From IMG/VR virus record IMGVR_UViG_3300012158_000002, positions 2,073-66,072 of that record: a stretch of 64,000 bases of DNA; one strand, given 5' to 3'. Shown here piece after piece: positions 27,645-36,548 of the stretch (its first letter is position 1; each line of letters begins with the position of its first letter). The DNA is from a virus (taxonomy: Duplodnaviria > Caudoviricetes). Position numbers and translations under genes: made by a program. The notes under the pieces are model-generated. The model made no database searches, had not been told where the DNA came from, and saw only the letters and a list, made by a program, of their open reading frames with translations.

Positions 27645-28190
27645 TTAATCTTCTCCTTGTAAATATGCCAGAATTTCTTTATCTTCTGAATTATTTCGCA
27701 TTTCGATAATATCCCATCCGATACGTCCACATTCTTCACGTTCTTCTTTTGTCAGTTTTCCTCGATGATTTTGCATACGAAGATACACTCTGCGGTTAAA
27801 TGCTGTATCTTTTGTTTCCGAAAGGCGAGAAATAAAATCCCACCAATGTAATGATTTTATATCATCATTGCTTAATCCTAGTGATAACAATGCATCATAT
27901 ATACAATCGCTATCCATTACAAAATCAACAAATTGAGGTTCATTTTTATTTAATGGTTCTCTGCATTGTGTCAAAAATTTTTGAAACATTTCAAAAGCTT
28001 TTTGTAAGTTTGTCGGATATGGTTCCTGATAAAAATTTTCAAGCAGAATTTCCCATTTCTCAATATCAAATAAATCATCATCTTTTAATGCTTCTAAAAT
28101 CAAAAAGCAGTTACGAGATGATGTATTTATCGGATACTCCAATCCGTCAATCATAACTGCTTTTGGAAGTTCTTGTGTCAGGCGATTCAT
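27645..28190 (-). CDS. A118 Gp15-like tail assembly protein
   Basis: IDGLEYPINT..R, FVDFVMDSDCIY and SLHWWDF motifs. Confidence 0.8.
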   Translation of the reverse strand: MNRLTQELPKAVMIDGLEYPINTSSRNCFLILEALKDDDLFDIEKWEILLENFYQEPYPTNLQKAFEMFQKFLTQCREPLNKNEPQFVDFVMDSDCIYDALLSLGLSNDDIKSLHWWDFISRLSETKDTAFNRRVYLRMQNHRGKLTKEEREECGRIGWDIIEMRNNSEDKEILAYLQGED

Positions 28191-28675
28191 TCAATCACTC
28201 CGTTTTGTTTCTTTGCTTTATACTTGTTTTTTATAACTTGTCTTGAATTTTTAACTTCTTTGAATGCGACTTCAAGTAATCCCGTCAAATATTCACCATC
28301 CTTGCCGTATTTTAAAAGAATTTCACAAATTCCTTCTCCGAACATAGCATTTACTCCATCTATCAACGCATCAATATCGTTTATTGTTGCCTGCAAGGAT
28401 CCGTTTAATTTTGAAAATGCCGAGCTGGCTGTATCAAAATCAGTTGTACTTTCAAGCGTTCTTTCAATTGCTTCCTGCTCTTCTTTGGTTAACTCGAAAT
28501 CTTTCGGATTTGTTTTTTTCCCATCAAGAATAGCAAATATTTTCATAATTTGCTTATAAGTGTTTGGATCATCTGGATTATAAATCGCTGTTGCAACCCA
28601 CTCACCATCAACTATTATTTTTCTACGTTTGCGTTTATCCTCAATGAGAAAATCGCTTTCAAAATTATGATCCAT
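28187..28675 (-). CDS. Tail assembly chaperone
   Basis: Position between major tail and gp15-like genes; IDALIDGVNAMFGEG. Confidence 0.65.
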   Translation of the reverse strand: MDHNFESDFLIEDKRKRRKIIVDGEWVATAIYNPDDPNTYKQIMKIFAILDGKKTNPKDFELTKEEQEAIERTLESTTDFDTASSAFSKLNGSLQATINDIDALIDGVNAMFGEGICEILLKYGKDGEYLTGLLEVAFKEVKNSRQVIKNKYKAKKQNGVIE

Positions 28676-28693
28676 TTAAACCTCCATATATTT

Positions 28694-28909
28694 TTATTTT
28701 GAATCTTTATCAAACTCCGGAAATGATTCTTCTGTTTTTGAATTTTTGCTTTTTGAATTAAAAAAAGATGAATTATTATCCATTTTTTCTGCCATTCCGT
28801 TTGCAATTAAAAGTTCTCCGCGCTTTTCGCTTACCGTAAATATTTCATCTTTTTTAACTACCCTGTTTTGTTCCATGTCAAAATAGGGTCTTATTATTTT
28901 GATATCCAT
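28694..28909 (-). CDS. Small virion-associated hypothetical protein
   Basis: IKIIRPYFD...IFTVSEKRGELLI motif; GGAGG RBS. Confidence 0.6.
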   Translation of the reverse strand: MDIKIIRPYFDMEQNRVVKKDEIFTVSEKRGELLIANGMAEKMDNNSSFFNSKSKNSKTEESFPEFDKDSK

Positions 28910-28918
28910 AAATACCTC

Positions 28919-29434
28919 CTATATTGCCGGTGTAAAGGTAAGTCCCCTTTTCAGCGTATCAATTGTACCTTTAGTAATCTCGCCGCCAAGATGAACTGTA
29001 AACGGAAAATTTGTCCGGGAACTTCCACCCATGCTTGTTGGGTATATTGTTGATTTTTCGTGTACATCAGCTTCATAAGCGCCTGGCGTCCCTAACATTC
29101 CAAACCCTTCTAATACCCTGAACTGAGAAAACTTTTCTAGCGTGCCCTCGCGTTTATATTTCAGCAGCAACGCGCTTAGCTTTCCACCCTTTGCAAATGG
29201 TCGGAATGTATTCGGCTCAAATGCAATTTGCTCCTCGAACTTATCAACATCAGTATAGGTATCTCCCAAAACATCTGTAACCGTTGTTACCTCAGGATTA
29301 AATTCCATCGATGTATCTTCGGTTTTGTATCCCTGTATTTCCCATTCCGGAGTTACCGCTCCTTCTGATACATCCACTGCAAAAATGTATAAATTTCTTA
29401 ATGCCTCGCCTGTTAAATTAAAATCTGTTACCAT
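28919..29434 (-). CDS. Major tail tube protein
   Basis: EFNPEVTTVTDVLG and NFPFTVHLGG; size and position. Confidence 0.75.
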   Translation of the reverse strand: MVTDFNLTGEALRNLYIFAVDVSEGAVTPEWEIQGYKTEDTSMEFNPEVTTVTDVLGDTYTDVDKFEEQIAFEPNTFRPFAKGGKLSALLLKYKREGTLEKFSQFRVLEGFGMLGTPGAYEADVHEKSTIYPTSMGGSSRTNFPFTVHLGGEITKGTIDTLKRGLTFTPAI

Positions 29435-29940
29435 TAATAATCATCCTCACTTTCTATCATTGTTTGATATCTAATATGTATGTTTGTTTGATATGCTGCA
29501 AATGGAATATTCGCATCCTGCACAACATTCCATAAAAAACCACCATCCGCCCATATTAATTCTTCCGGATAAAATGGTCTACTGAATAATGGTGCCTTTC
29601 CTATTAAACTTTGAGTTAAAACCCATTGTTCAAATCGTGATATAAATTCTGCTGTCTCCTTGTTAAAAATAGGATCAATAAACTGCCGCAAAATATTTAA
29701 TGTAAAATTTGCCTGGTTGGTTACAATGATACTTCTATCAATATATCTCTCTATTGTCGGCGAACTTAATCCATTATAGGAGATTCCGTTACCCTGTGTA
29801 ACATTAGGACTAAATGGTACCACCACTACTTGATTCACAGGGTCAAATTGAGCTGCCGATATGTTCCCTGTGGCATTTAAAAACGGACAGCTCTCAATAA
29901 ATTTTATAAGCCGGTCTAAAAATAAAATCTCTTCATCCAT
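29434..29940 (-). CDS. Tail terminator/completion protein
   Basis: Position before the tail tube gene; C-term AAYQTNIHIRY. Confidence 0.6.
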   Translation of the reverse strand: MDEEILFLDRLIKFIESCPFLNATGNISAAQFDPVNQVVVVPFSPNVTQGNGISYNGLSSPTIERYIDRSIIVTNQANFTLNILRQFIDPIFNKETAEFISRFEQWVLTQSLIGKAPLFSRPFYPEELIWADGGFLWNVVQDANIPFAAYQTNIHIRYQTMIESEDDY

Positions 29941-30413
29941 TAATATACCTCCAAATCTAACCCAAGTTCTCGTTTTAAATTTCCTGCAAATGATTTGAGG
30001 TTATCAGATTTCCATCTTTCAAACCAGAACGAACCACGTTTTCCGCCACCATGATAAACCAAATTAATATCAGTCACAATTTTTTTATTCCCAGCCAACG
30101 CCCATGCACTTCCTGTCTCAGGATCAATCATTAGTTTTCCATAGTATAAAAAACGTGCATAAGGAGTCAGCCATGTGACTGTACCACTGCCTATTATCGT
30201 GGCGATTTCTCCGCTTCTGATAAGTGTACTTGTTTTTAACGGTATATATGGTTCGCAACCACTTAAAACCGCAGCATCTATAAATTTTTGCAATGAACTC
30301 CCTTCACCGAAAGTATTATTCATGCGTTTTTCAAAACCGGGATACCATTCAATCATTGCCTCCAATGCTTTATCTTTTGAAATTGGTTTAGATTTTGGTG
30401 TTGTAATTTTCAT
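29940..30413 (-). CDS. Neck protein (A118 minor capsid/gp10-like)
   Basis: YIPLKTSTLIRS, TPYARFLYYG and GSFWFERWK motifs. Confidence 0.75.
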   Translation of the reverse strand: MKITTPKSKPISKDKALEAMIEWYPGFEKRMNNTFGEGSSLQKFIDAAVLSGCEPYIPLKTSTLIRSGEIATIIGSGTVTWLTPYARFLYYGKLMIDPETGSAWALAGNKKIVTDINLVYHGGGKRGSFWFERWKSDNLKSFAGNLKRELGLDLEVY

Positions 30414-30438
30414 GATTCATCTTCTTTCAAAAAACACA

Positions 30439-31014
30439 CTATACTCTTACAACCACATGCCACATATTCGCGCTTCCAAAAAAGTTATTATTAACATCCA
30501 CAGCACGCCTGACGCTTGGATTTGCGTTTAATAAAGCATTCTCCTGCATTATAATTCTATTTGCCGCATTAGGGTCCGCCCATTGAAATTCATGCTCATT
30601 TACCCCTTTAACCATTAAAGGCAATTGACGTGGATTTATCGTCCAATGGCTATCAAGTTCTAAAACTGCAAGATTATTCCATTCGTCTGGTGTTACATAA
30701 GTACGACCTGTTACCTCCGCGTTGTAGGGAATGTACAAAGTTACTGAATATCGCGTTTGTTGTCCAGTATTCTGAAACACAGAGATAGAATCATCATTCC
30801 AGAAAGAATTTTGGAGCACACACCGTATATTGATCTGATTTCCAGTCAGCAAATCGGTATACATGGGCCATATTGTTACTGGTCCTGTTACTTCCGGTGG
30901 AAATTGTATTTTTTTTTTCTGCCGTCTTTCGGCGAATTGTTTTAAGTACGATGTAGGCATGGCAACCCCCTTTTGGGAATAAGAAAACGCCCTACCGTTT
31001 GGTAAGACGCTCAT
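30439..31014 (-). CDS. Head closure/stopper-like protein
   Basis: VTLYIP and HVVVRV motifs; head-tail region. Confidence 0.6.
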   Translation of the reverse strand: MSVLPNGRAFSYSQKGVAMPTSYLKQFAERRQKKKIQFPPEVTGPVTIWPMYTDLLTGNQINIRCVLQNSFWNDDSISVFQNTGQQTRYSVTLYIPYNAEVTGRTYVTPDEWNNLAVLELDSHWTINPRQLPLMVKGVNEHEFQWADPNAANRIIMQENALLNANPSVRRAVDVNNNFFGSANMWHVVVRV

Positions 31015-31031
31015 AATATTAAGTTAACACT

Positions 31032-31307
31032 TTATGGGATTAATTTACTACAAGCTTTTATCGCTTCATCCTTTGTATCACTTCCGCTCAGCTCCCATTG
31101 TTCGATAAAATCTCCATCGATCTCATAAGCTTCTACTCTTATTCTATCGCCGCAAGAACCATTGTATTTTTCGTTTTGCATGTATTCATCAATCCAGCGG
31201 GACAGCACATCAACGCTTAATGTTATTTTTTCATCATCGACTTGATCGTAATATTCTGAATCATTTACAAAACAAATCATAAACGCTATTTTCATTTCTG
31301 CCACCAT
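31032..31307 (-). CDS. Acidic hypothetical protein inserted in the head-tail operon (moron)
   Basis: Own TTGATT-17-TATGAT promoter-like sequence upstream. Confidence 0.55.
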   Translation of the reverse strand: MVAEMKIAFMICFVNDSEYYDQVDDEKITLSVDVLSRWIDEYMQNEKYNGSCGDRIRVEAYEIDGDFIEQWELSGSDTKDEAIKACSKLIP

Positions 31308-31352
31308 CCTTTTGGATTAATCATACTATAATTACCGCATTAAATCAAGTAT

Positions 31353-31718
31353 TTAGCCGCGAAATACAAACAAATCATGCAATTTCGTCCCTGCCAAATG
31401 CCTCCTGATTATCCCATCTACACGGACATTAAAATCTGCTTGTTCCTGCTTGATATTCACCGCGCCTTTGCTGTATGCCCCTACGGATTGGGAGGGTTCC
31501 ATGCTCATAAATTCCTTTTCAGAATCCACATAGAATGCCTCCGCAACCTCACAGGTGCATAGTTTCAACACTTCTGGTATTTTATCTAATTCAATCTTGC
31601 GCCGGTTTATACGATCGGAAGCCTTCCGAGACCAGAACAGAAATTCTTCAAGCGGTATAATTTCTGTTCTACCAAGAAGATATTCATTTTTGTAAAAATC
31701 TGCGTCAGCAAAAATCAT
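31353..31718 (-). CDS. Head-tail connector/adaptor
   Basis: FADADFYKNEY...ASDRIN...VLKLCTCEVAE...SVGAYS pattern. Confidence 0.75.
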   Translation of the reverse strand: MIFADADFYKNEYLLGRTEIIPLEEFLFWSRKASDRINRRKIELDKIPEVLKLCTCEVAEAFYVDSEKEFMSMEPSQSVGAYSKGAVNIKQEQADFNVRVDGIIRRHLAGTKLHDLFVFRG

Positions 31719-31748
31719 ACTATTATACCGCCTTTCCTAATTTGGGTT

Positions 31749-31979
31749 TTAAATTGATGATTCCAATTCATGTATCCGGGCATCTCTGTCTCTGACCATT
31801 TGCTCAAATCTTGCGATTTCTTCATCTTTTTCTTTTGTAATCTTTTTAATCTCTGCGTCCTTTAACTTTATTTGCTTAGATAATTCGGAAATTTTCGATT
31901 CAAGGACACCAACAGAATCATCTGTTCTTTTTTTTGATTTGATTTCCTCGAACTTTCCCGTACTTGCTAATTTATACAT
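31749..31979 (-). CDS. Coiled-coil capsid-associated hypothetical protein
   Basis: GGGGGAG RBS before ATG 31979; heptad-rich. Confidence 0.6.
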   Translation of the reverse strand: MYKLASTGKFEEIKSKKRTDDSVGVLESKISELSKQIKLKDAEIKKITKEKDEEIARFEQMVRDRDARIHELESSI

Positions 31980-31990
31980 CCGGCTCCCCC

Positions 31991-32962
31991 TTATCTTCCA
32001 ATACCTGTCATTATAGAATGATGCCATTCCGCGCCATAATCAAAGCCAATTTCGCCATACAGCTGGCCTCTTTCACTTGCCCCTGTTTTTGCTAAAGGCT
32101 CATAAAATAAAACGCCAAGGTTTTCTCCCCTGTCGTTAATTGTTGGCTTTTCTGCGATTGCCAGTAAGCTAACATTGATAAATGAAATACAGGCAGTAGG
32201 TATCATAGTATCCCAAAAGATATTGATGTCTCCGTAGTTTGTGAGGATTGTCGAATATGCTACACCGCCCTCTGTTCTCGAAGATGGAAGAGCAGAGCCC
32301 GGTATCTGAATATATGTATCTGTTATAATATCCATCATATCGGGATTAACCCAGATTTCAATTCCTTCGGGCGAAAATCCGTTTTTGATTGAATTCATGA
32401 GTACATCATTCACCACATTTTTGCTTAAATATGCTCCCCCTATATCAAACCGATTGGTCTGTAGTGCTTCCATTAATCCTCTGGATTTAGGTGCCACCGT
32501 TGTGCTGCCTGGTATATACTGATATGTCCCATTGATTGTAGTCCAGTTTAAATCCTTTCGCATTTCATCGACTACTACACCAACCTGAAAGTCTAATTCA
32601 TTCGGTGTATTATTAGCGGCTCCTGCTACATTAACTCCGCCCAATGCGTTAAAATTGGACTGCTTCATATAAGAGACTGCAACGGATTCATGATAAATCT
32701 GAATTACATTAGACTCCTGATCTCTTTCTGTTGTTTTTGGATCAGGTGCAGTCAGGGATTGTTCTTCACTTATTTCCGGCTGCTTAGGGTCTCTTGTTTT
32801 ATACCCACCTGCCAAAATAAATTCAACAGAATTAGTAGTTCTTCTACCACCTTCTCTGCCTCTGGCGTATATAGCATCAATAAATTTTGTGGCTTTGTCT
32901 GTTCTTGCGTGTAACATTCCCGAATAGTTAATTGTATCTGTTAAAGTTGTTCCTGTTGGCAT
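31991..32962 (-). CDS. Major capsid protein (SU10/DUF5309-like)
   Basis: 323 aa after scaffold; NVIQIYHESVAVSY, LAKTGASERGQLYGEIG and HHSIMTG. Confidence 0.85.
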   Translation of the reverse strand: MPTGTTLTDTINYSGMLHARTDKATKFIDAIYARGREGGRRTTNSVEFILAGGYKTRDPKQPEISEEQSLTAPDPKTTERDQESNVIQIYHESVAVSYMKQSNFNALGGVNVAGAANNTPNELDFQVGVVVDEMRKDLNWTTINGTYQYIPGSTTVAPKSRGLMEALQTNRFDIGGAYLSKNVVNDVLMNSIKNGFSPEGIEIWVNPDMMDIITDTYIQIPGSALPSSRTEGGVAYSTILTNYGDINIFWDTMIPTACISFINVSLLAIAEKPTINDRGENLGVLFYEPLAKTGASERGQLYGEIGFDYGAEWHHSIMTGIGR

Positions 32963-32973
32963 TTAATTCACTC

Positions 32974-33807
32974 CTATTCTAATTCAATATTTTTTCTTTT
33001 TGCTTCTCTGATTAATCGTGACATTTCAGCCGATTTCCCCTGTTTGGCAGCCTGTTTATAACTTTCTCTTAAGGCTTCTTCTTCTGTTTTGGAAACCGGT
33101 TTTGTACCTGCTCCACCGGCCATTTCCGGCAGCTTGGCAATTGGTGGCTTTTCTTTTAGTACAGTCTCAACCGCCTCATCAAATGTTACAGCGTCAGAAA
33201 TCTTTTGATTTGCCAGGTATGTGACATAGTCTGTATCTACGCTTGACAAATCCAAGGCTTTATCTTTGCCATACAGTTTGAGAAGGGCAGCGTTTACAGT
33301 CTCTTTCTGCTCCAATGCGGCGAGTTTAGCAAGGCGTTTGGCAGTTTCTTCATCATTCTTTTTACGCTCCTCTAATTCGCCCTGTAGCTTCTCAAGAAGG
33401 GGCTTATCTGCTTCTTCTTTCTGCTTTCGTTCTCTTTCGGCTTGTAAAAGTGCCTGAATATTTTCAAATTCATCATCATCTTTTACACCTAACTTGGTAT
33501 ACAAAGATTTTTTTGTTTTAATTGACTCCTTTTTAAAGAGTTCGTTATCTTCTTCCTGAGTACGAGAAATAGTTTTTTGCTTCAATTCGGTTTCTTTGAT
33601 ATCCTCCGATTGGGATTGTTCGGTAATTTGCGCTTCGCTAGCTCCCGATTGACTATTTTGATCTTTCATATTTACCTCCATATTGACATCAGCCATACTT
33701 TTTATTTTTTTATTAAATTGTTCCAAATAATAGGAGTCCTGTAATATCTCATCAAGAGTCATAATTTCATTGTCCATATCATCACCCAATCTTTTTGATT
33801 TTAGCAA
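32974..33807 (-). CDS. Capsid scaffolding protein
   Basis: Highly charged coiled coil directly upstream of the capsid gene. Confidence 0.75.
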   Translation of the reverse strand: MLKSKRLGDDMDNEIMTLDEILQDSYYLEQFNKKIKSMADVNMEVNMKDQNSQSGASEAQITEQSQSEDIKETELKQKTISRTQEEDNELFKKESIKTKKSLYTKLGVKDDDEFENIQALLQAERERKQKEEADKPLLEKLQGELEERKKNDEETAKRLAKLAALEQKETVNAALLKLYGKDKALDLSSVDTDYVTYLANQKISDAVTFDEAVETVLKEKPPIAKLPEMAGGAGTKPVSKTEEEALRESYKQAAKQGKSAEMSRLIREAKRKNIELE

Positions 33808-34273
33808 TCAACTCTTGGCGGCTTTCAAATTCAATCCTTTGCGAACTTTTGCTAAAATCAGAAAGTCCTCCGCCCATACCTATTTTTTCATATTGCGAAA
33901 TGTCAATAAATCCCATAACTTTCCTGGGAGCAGTAACTGTAATTTTTATGTCGGTATATTGCCGTCTACCTCCACTTAATGTTTCCTCAATTCCCTCTCT
34001 TACAATGTTTTGTCTCTTCATCGGACCTGTACCATATTGAACCACTTCCCATTCTTCGCCGCCGATTTCTGCATTAATATCTTTTGCTATTTTCACAAGG
34101 GCCTTGTCTGGGGAGTCTGGTTTTTTTCCATATTCCTCATCTGGTTTATATTTCGGGGTTTTTTCAGCAGCAAATTTTCCGCTTTCTCTCATCGCATCGG
34201 AAAGAGATTGACCTTCTTTGATAAATACTCGTCTTCCGCTTATTGTACGCCATACACCATTCTCATCTGCCAT
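33782..34273 (-). CDS. Head-region protein with N-terminal WRTISGRRVFI motif
   Basis: MADENGVWRTISGRRVFIKEGQSLSDAMRESGKF; AAAGGAG RBS. Confidence 0.65.
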   Translation of the reverse strand: MADENGVWRTISGRRVFIKEGQSLSDAMRESGKFAAEKTPKYKPDEEYGKKPDSPDKALVKIAKDINAEIGGEEWEVVQYGTGPMKRQNIVREGIEETLSGGRRQYTDIKITVTAPRKVMGFIDISQYEKIGMGGGLSDFSKSSQRIEFESRQELIAKIKKIG

Positions 34274-34350
34274 TAATGTTCTCCTTTCATTCGGTTATTT
34301 AAAGTCCGATAACTTTTGTTCCGTTTTTGAAACGGATAAATTTATATAAT

Positions 34351-34403
34351 AAAAAAGAGCCGAAAGACACAGAATCAGCTGTATCCTCCGGCTCAATTGG
34401 CTC
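34351..34403 (-). promoter_or_regulatory. Terminator-like hairpin with duplicated GAGCC (alternative pairing)
   Basis: GAGCCAATTGAGCCGGAG...TTCGGCTCTTTTTT. Confidence 0.55.
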
Positions 34404-34413
34404 ACATAGAGTT

Positions 34414-34665
34414 TTAATCAATTTTTAAGTTATCAATTGTTATGATTTTATCTGAATCATCCAACGCTCTTAATGTTCTCTTAATAATCATGACTATCAT
34501 ATCTTCATAACTCGAATCATCAGTTATTCCGATTGATTCAAGAATGAAATTTTGTCCAGATTTTTTTAATTCATCTATTGCATCTTTCGTATTCTTTCTT
34601 GCATCTTCTTGTGATACTTCGTATTGCATTTCCGCATTAAAACTAATCTTCATTCCTTGACTCAT
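34414..34665 (-). CDS. Hypothetical protein
   Basis: ORF track; GGAGG RBS. Confidence 0.6.
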   Translation of the reverse strand: MSQGMKISFNAEMQYEVSQEDARKNTKDAIDELKKSGQNFILESIGITDDSSYEDMIVMIIKRTLRALDDSDKIITIDNLKID

Positions 34666-34816
34666 TGGTGCATCCTCCTATTTTGATTTCAATTTCTTTC
34701 CGGCATTTCTTGCATTTATCATAAACCCCCGTACAGACTGCATTATCATCTTTCTTTAATAATTTCTGTCCGCAATTAGGGCATAGATACCATTGCTTAT
34801 CATTATCCATAAACAT
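34643..34816 (-). CDS. Com-family-like zinc ribbon protein (57 aa, not in ORF track)
   Basis: WYLCPNCGQKLL...KCKKCRKEIEIKI; AGGAG RBS. Confidence 0.7.
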   Translation of the reverse strand: MFMDNDKQWYLCPNCGQKLLKKDDNAVCTGVYDKCKKCRKEIEIKIGGCTNESRNED

Positions 34817-34823
34817 ATAACTC

Positions 34824-35087
34824 CTATAATCTGGCTTCTAATGCGTCAATTCTTGCCATTAACGCATTGTTAATTTCTTCAATTCTGTATCCGGCCGTTG
34901 CCGCTTTGATTGCCGCATTATCAGCCACAGATCGCGCATTAGTTGCTTCTGTCTGTACTGCTTCGACATTTGCGGAAAGCACATCCATCTTTTCTTGTAT
35001 GGCAGATACTTTTGATTCATTCGAAAAAGCTGTATCTATTCCATTATCTATCTGCTTTCCGGTATGCCTTGAATTATATTCAGCCAT
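34824..35087 (-). CDS. Small coiled-coil virion-like protein
   Basis: YNSRHTGKQIDNGI motif followed by heptads. Confidence 0.6.
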   Translation of the reverse strand: MAEYNSRHTGKQIDNGIDTAFSNESKVSAIQEKMDVLSANVEAVQTEATNARSVADNAAIKAATAGYRIEEINNALMARIDALEARL

Positions 35088-35275
35088 CTTGTCACCTCAC
35101 TAAAAATTGATTTTCTTCAACAAAAAACCGTTCATTATCGGCGGTTTTTAATTCTTTATATTCGATTAGATTTTTATCAAGTTGCTGTTTTATAGCTATC
35201 CATTGCCGCCTGAGGTTCAATCTGGCAGAAGATGAAAGTGTGGGTCTTGGCATAATTATTTATTACCTCCTAAAA

Positions 35276-36529
35276 TCATATTCGGGAAAGTCCGTCAACA
35301 TATACTCTTTCCCATTGTGGCTGTAATGACATGGCTTCACTAAATTTTTTATATTCAGCTCTTTGCGCCTTATACTTTGATTTTGTTTCTGTATATGCGT
35401 CCATATTTCCACCGGATTTATATCCGACTGCCAGAGCGCGTGTTTTTCTCATAATACGTTCCATACGGCGTTGCTCTTGGGTTGCTTTATACCTTGTATA
35501 TTCAGTTACCACTTTATTTCCCTTTCTGTCTGTAGTTTCCCATTCGGTTTTTTCCTTGTCTTTTTCTTGCTGCTCAGTAATCTCTTCATCCGAATAGTTG
35601 GGATCCATTAACCCCGTCAGGAAACCAGAAAAATTATGCCGACAATTCCACCCTCCTATACCGTCTCCGGTTCCATAGCCGGTATATTTAATAAAATCTG
35701 GATAGTCTTTGTCTTTTTCTGTGGTTTCCCTTTCAAGAGTAGTTAAATTTACGCCATTCCTTGCAAATATCTTCCCTTGCCAGGCGGAATGGTCTTTTAT
35801 ATCCCCCCAGCCGTTTCCCGTTCTTGCTCCATCATGCATACTTACTTGTATGTGTTCTGCATTTATTTCATTAATGGTCCTTATTGCGACCTGATTAGCT
35901 AATTGACCAACGCCAGTAAGAACTGCCCGGCGTGTGGCTACTTCAACCCGATCAGTATGACCACTTTCGTAATCAACTACCCTTATCCCACTTTCAACCA
36001 AGCTTTTCACGGCTCTTTTAATAGCATCGTCATAACTGGAAGCACCAGAGGTAACTTGGAATGTCACTTCATCCAATTTATTGACAAATGTATCTCTTAC
36101 ATTGCGATATCTTCCGTCAGAATCCCTAAATCCAATTGTTTGCGTTAGATTTGTGAATTCGCTTTGAGTCTGATCTGAAATGGACTTTGTTAATTGCTGT
36201 AAAAAATCATTGTCTTTATATTCAACAAATTCTACTCCCCTTGCTTCATATAATGCCTTATCGTAGACGTATGCTGATTCAGCTGCTTGTTTGAATATCT
36301 CATCTATTTCAATCAGAGATAATTTTGTCATGTCTGAAAGTATATTTTTAAATTCTTTATCAATTTCCCGGATAGTAGATAGCCGTTGTATTTCATAATC
36401 TACGGAACCAGATATCTCATGCATAGATTTGATTTTTCTTGCGATTTCTTGAATCAATCTATTTTCGGCGGTGTTGATTATACGAGATACCGGCTGCGGA
36501 GCTTCATCATAAAATTGTGAATCAAGCAT
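35276..36529 (-). CDS. Minor capsid protein (Phage_min_cap2/A118 gp4-like)
   Basis: VEVATRRAVLTG, VSMHDGAR, HSAWQG, GIGGWNCRHNF and QRRMER motifs. Confidence 0.88.
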   Translation of the reverse strand: MLDSQFYDEAPQPVSRIINTAENRLIQEIARKIKSMHEISGSVDYEIQRLSTIREIDKEFKNILSDMTKLSLIEIDEIFKQAAESAYVYDKALYEARGVEFVEYKDNDFLQQLTKSISDQTQSEFTNLTQTIGFRDSDGRYRNVRDTFVNKLDEVTFQVTSGASSYDDAIKRAVKSLVESGIRVVDYESGHTDRVEVATRRAVLTGVGQLANQVAIRTINEINAEHIQVSMHDGARTGNGWGDIKDHSAWQGKIFARNGVNLTTLERETTEKDKDYPDFIKYTGYGTGDGIGGWNCRHNFSGFLTGLMDPNYSDEEITEQQEKDKEKTEWETTDRKGNKVVTEYTRYKATQEQRRMERIMRKTRALAVGYKSGGNMDAYTETKSKYKAQRAEYKKFSEAMSLQPQWERVYVDGLSRI

Positions 36530-36548
36530 ATCTATTCCCCTTTAGTTA

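Noticed and set aside
27645-28675. Programmed -1 frameshift between the tail chaperone genes
   Set aside because: No convincing slippery heptamer at the junction; the genes overlap by a standard ATGA
31749-32027. Capsid C-terminal extension by frameshift into the overlapping ORF
   Set aside because: The downstream ORF has its own strong RBS and ATG at 31979, which removes the overlap
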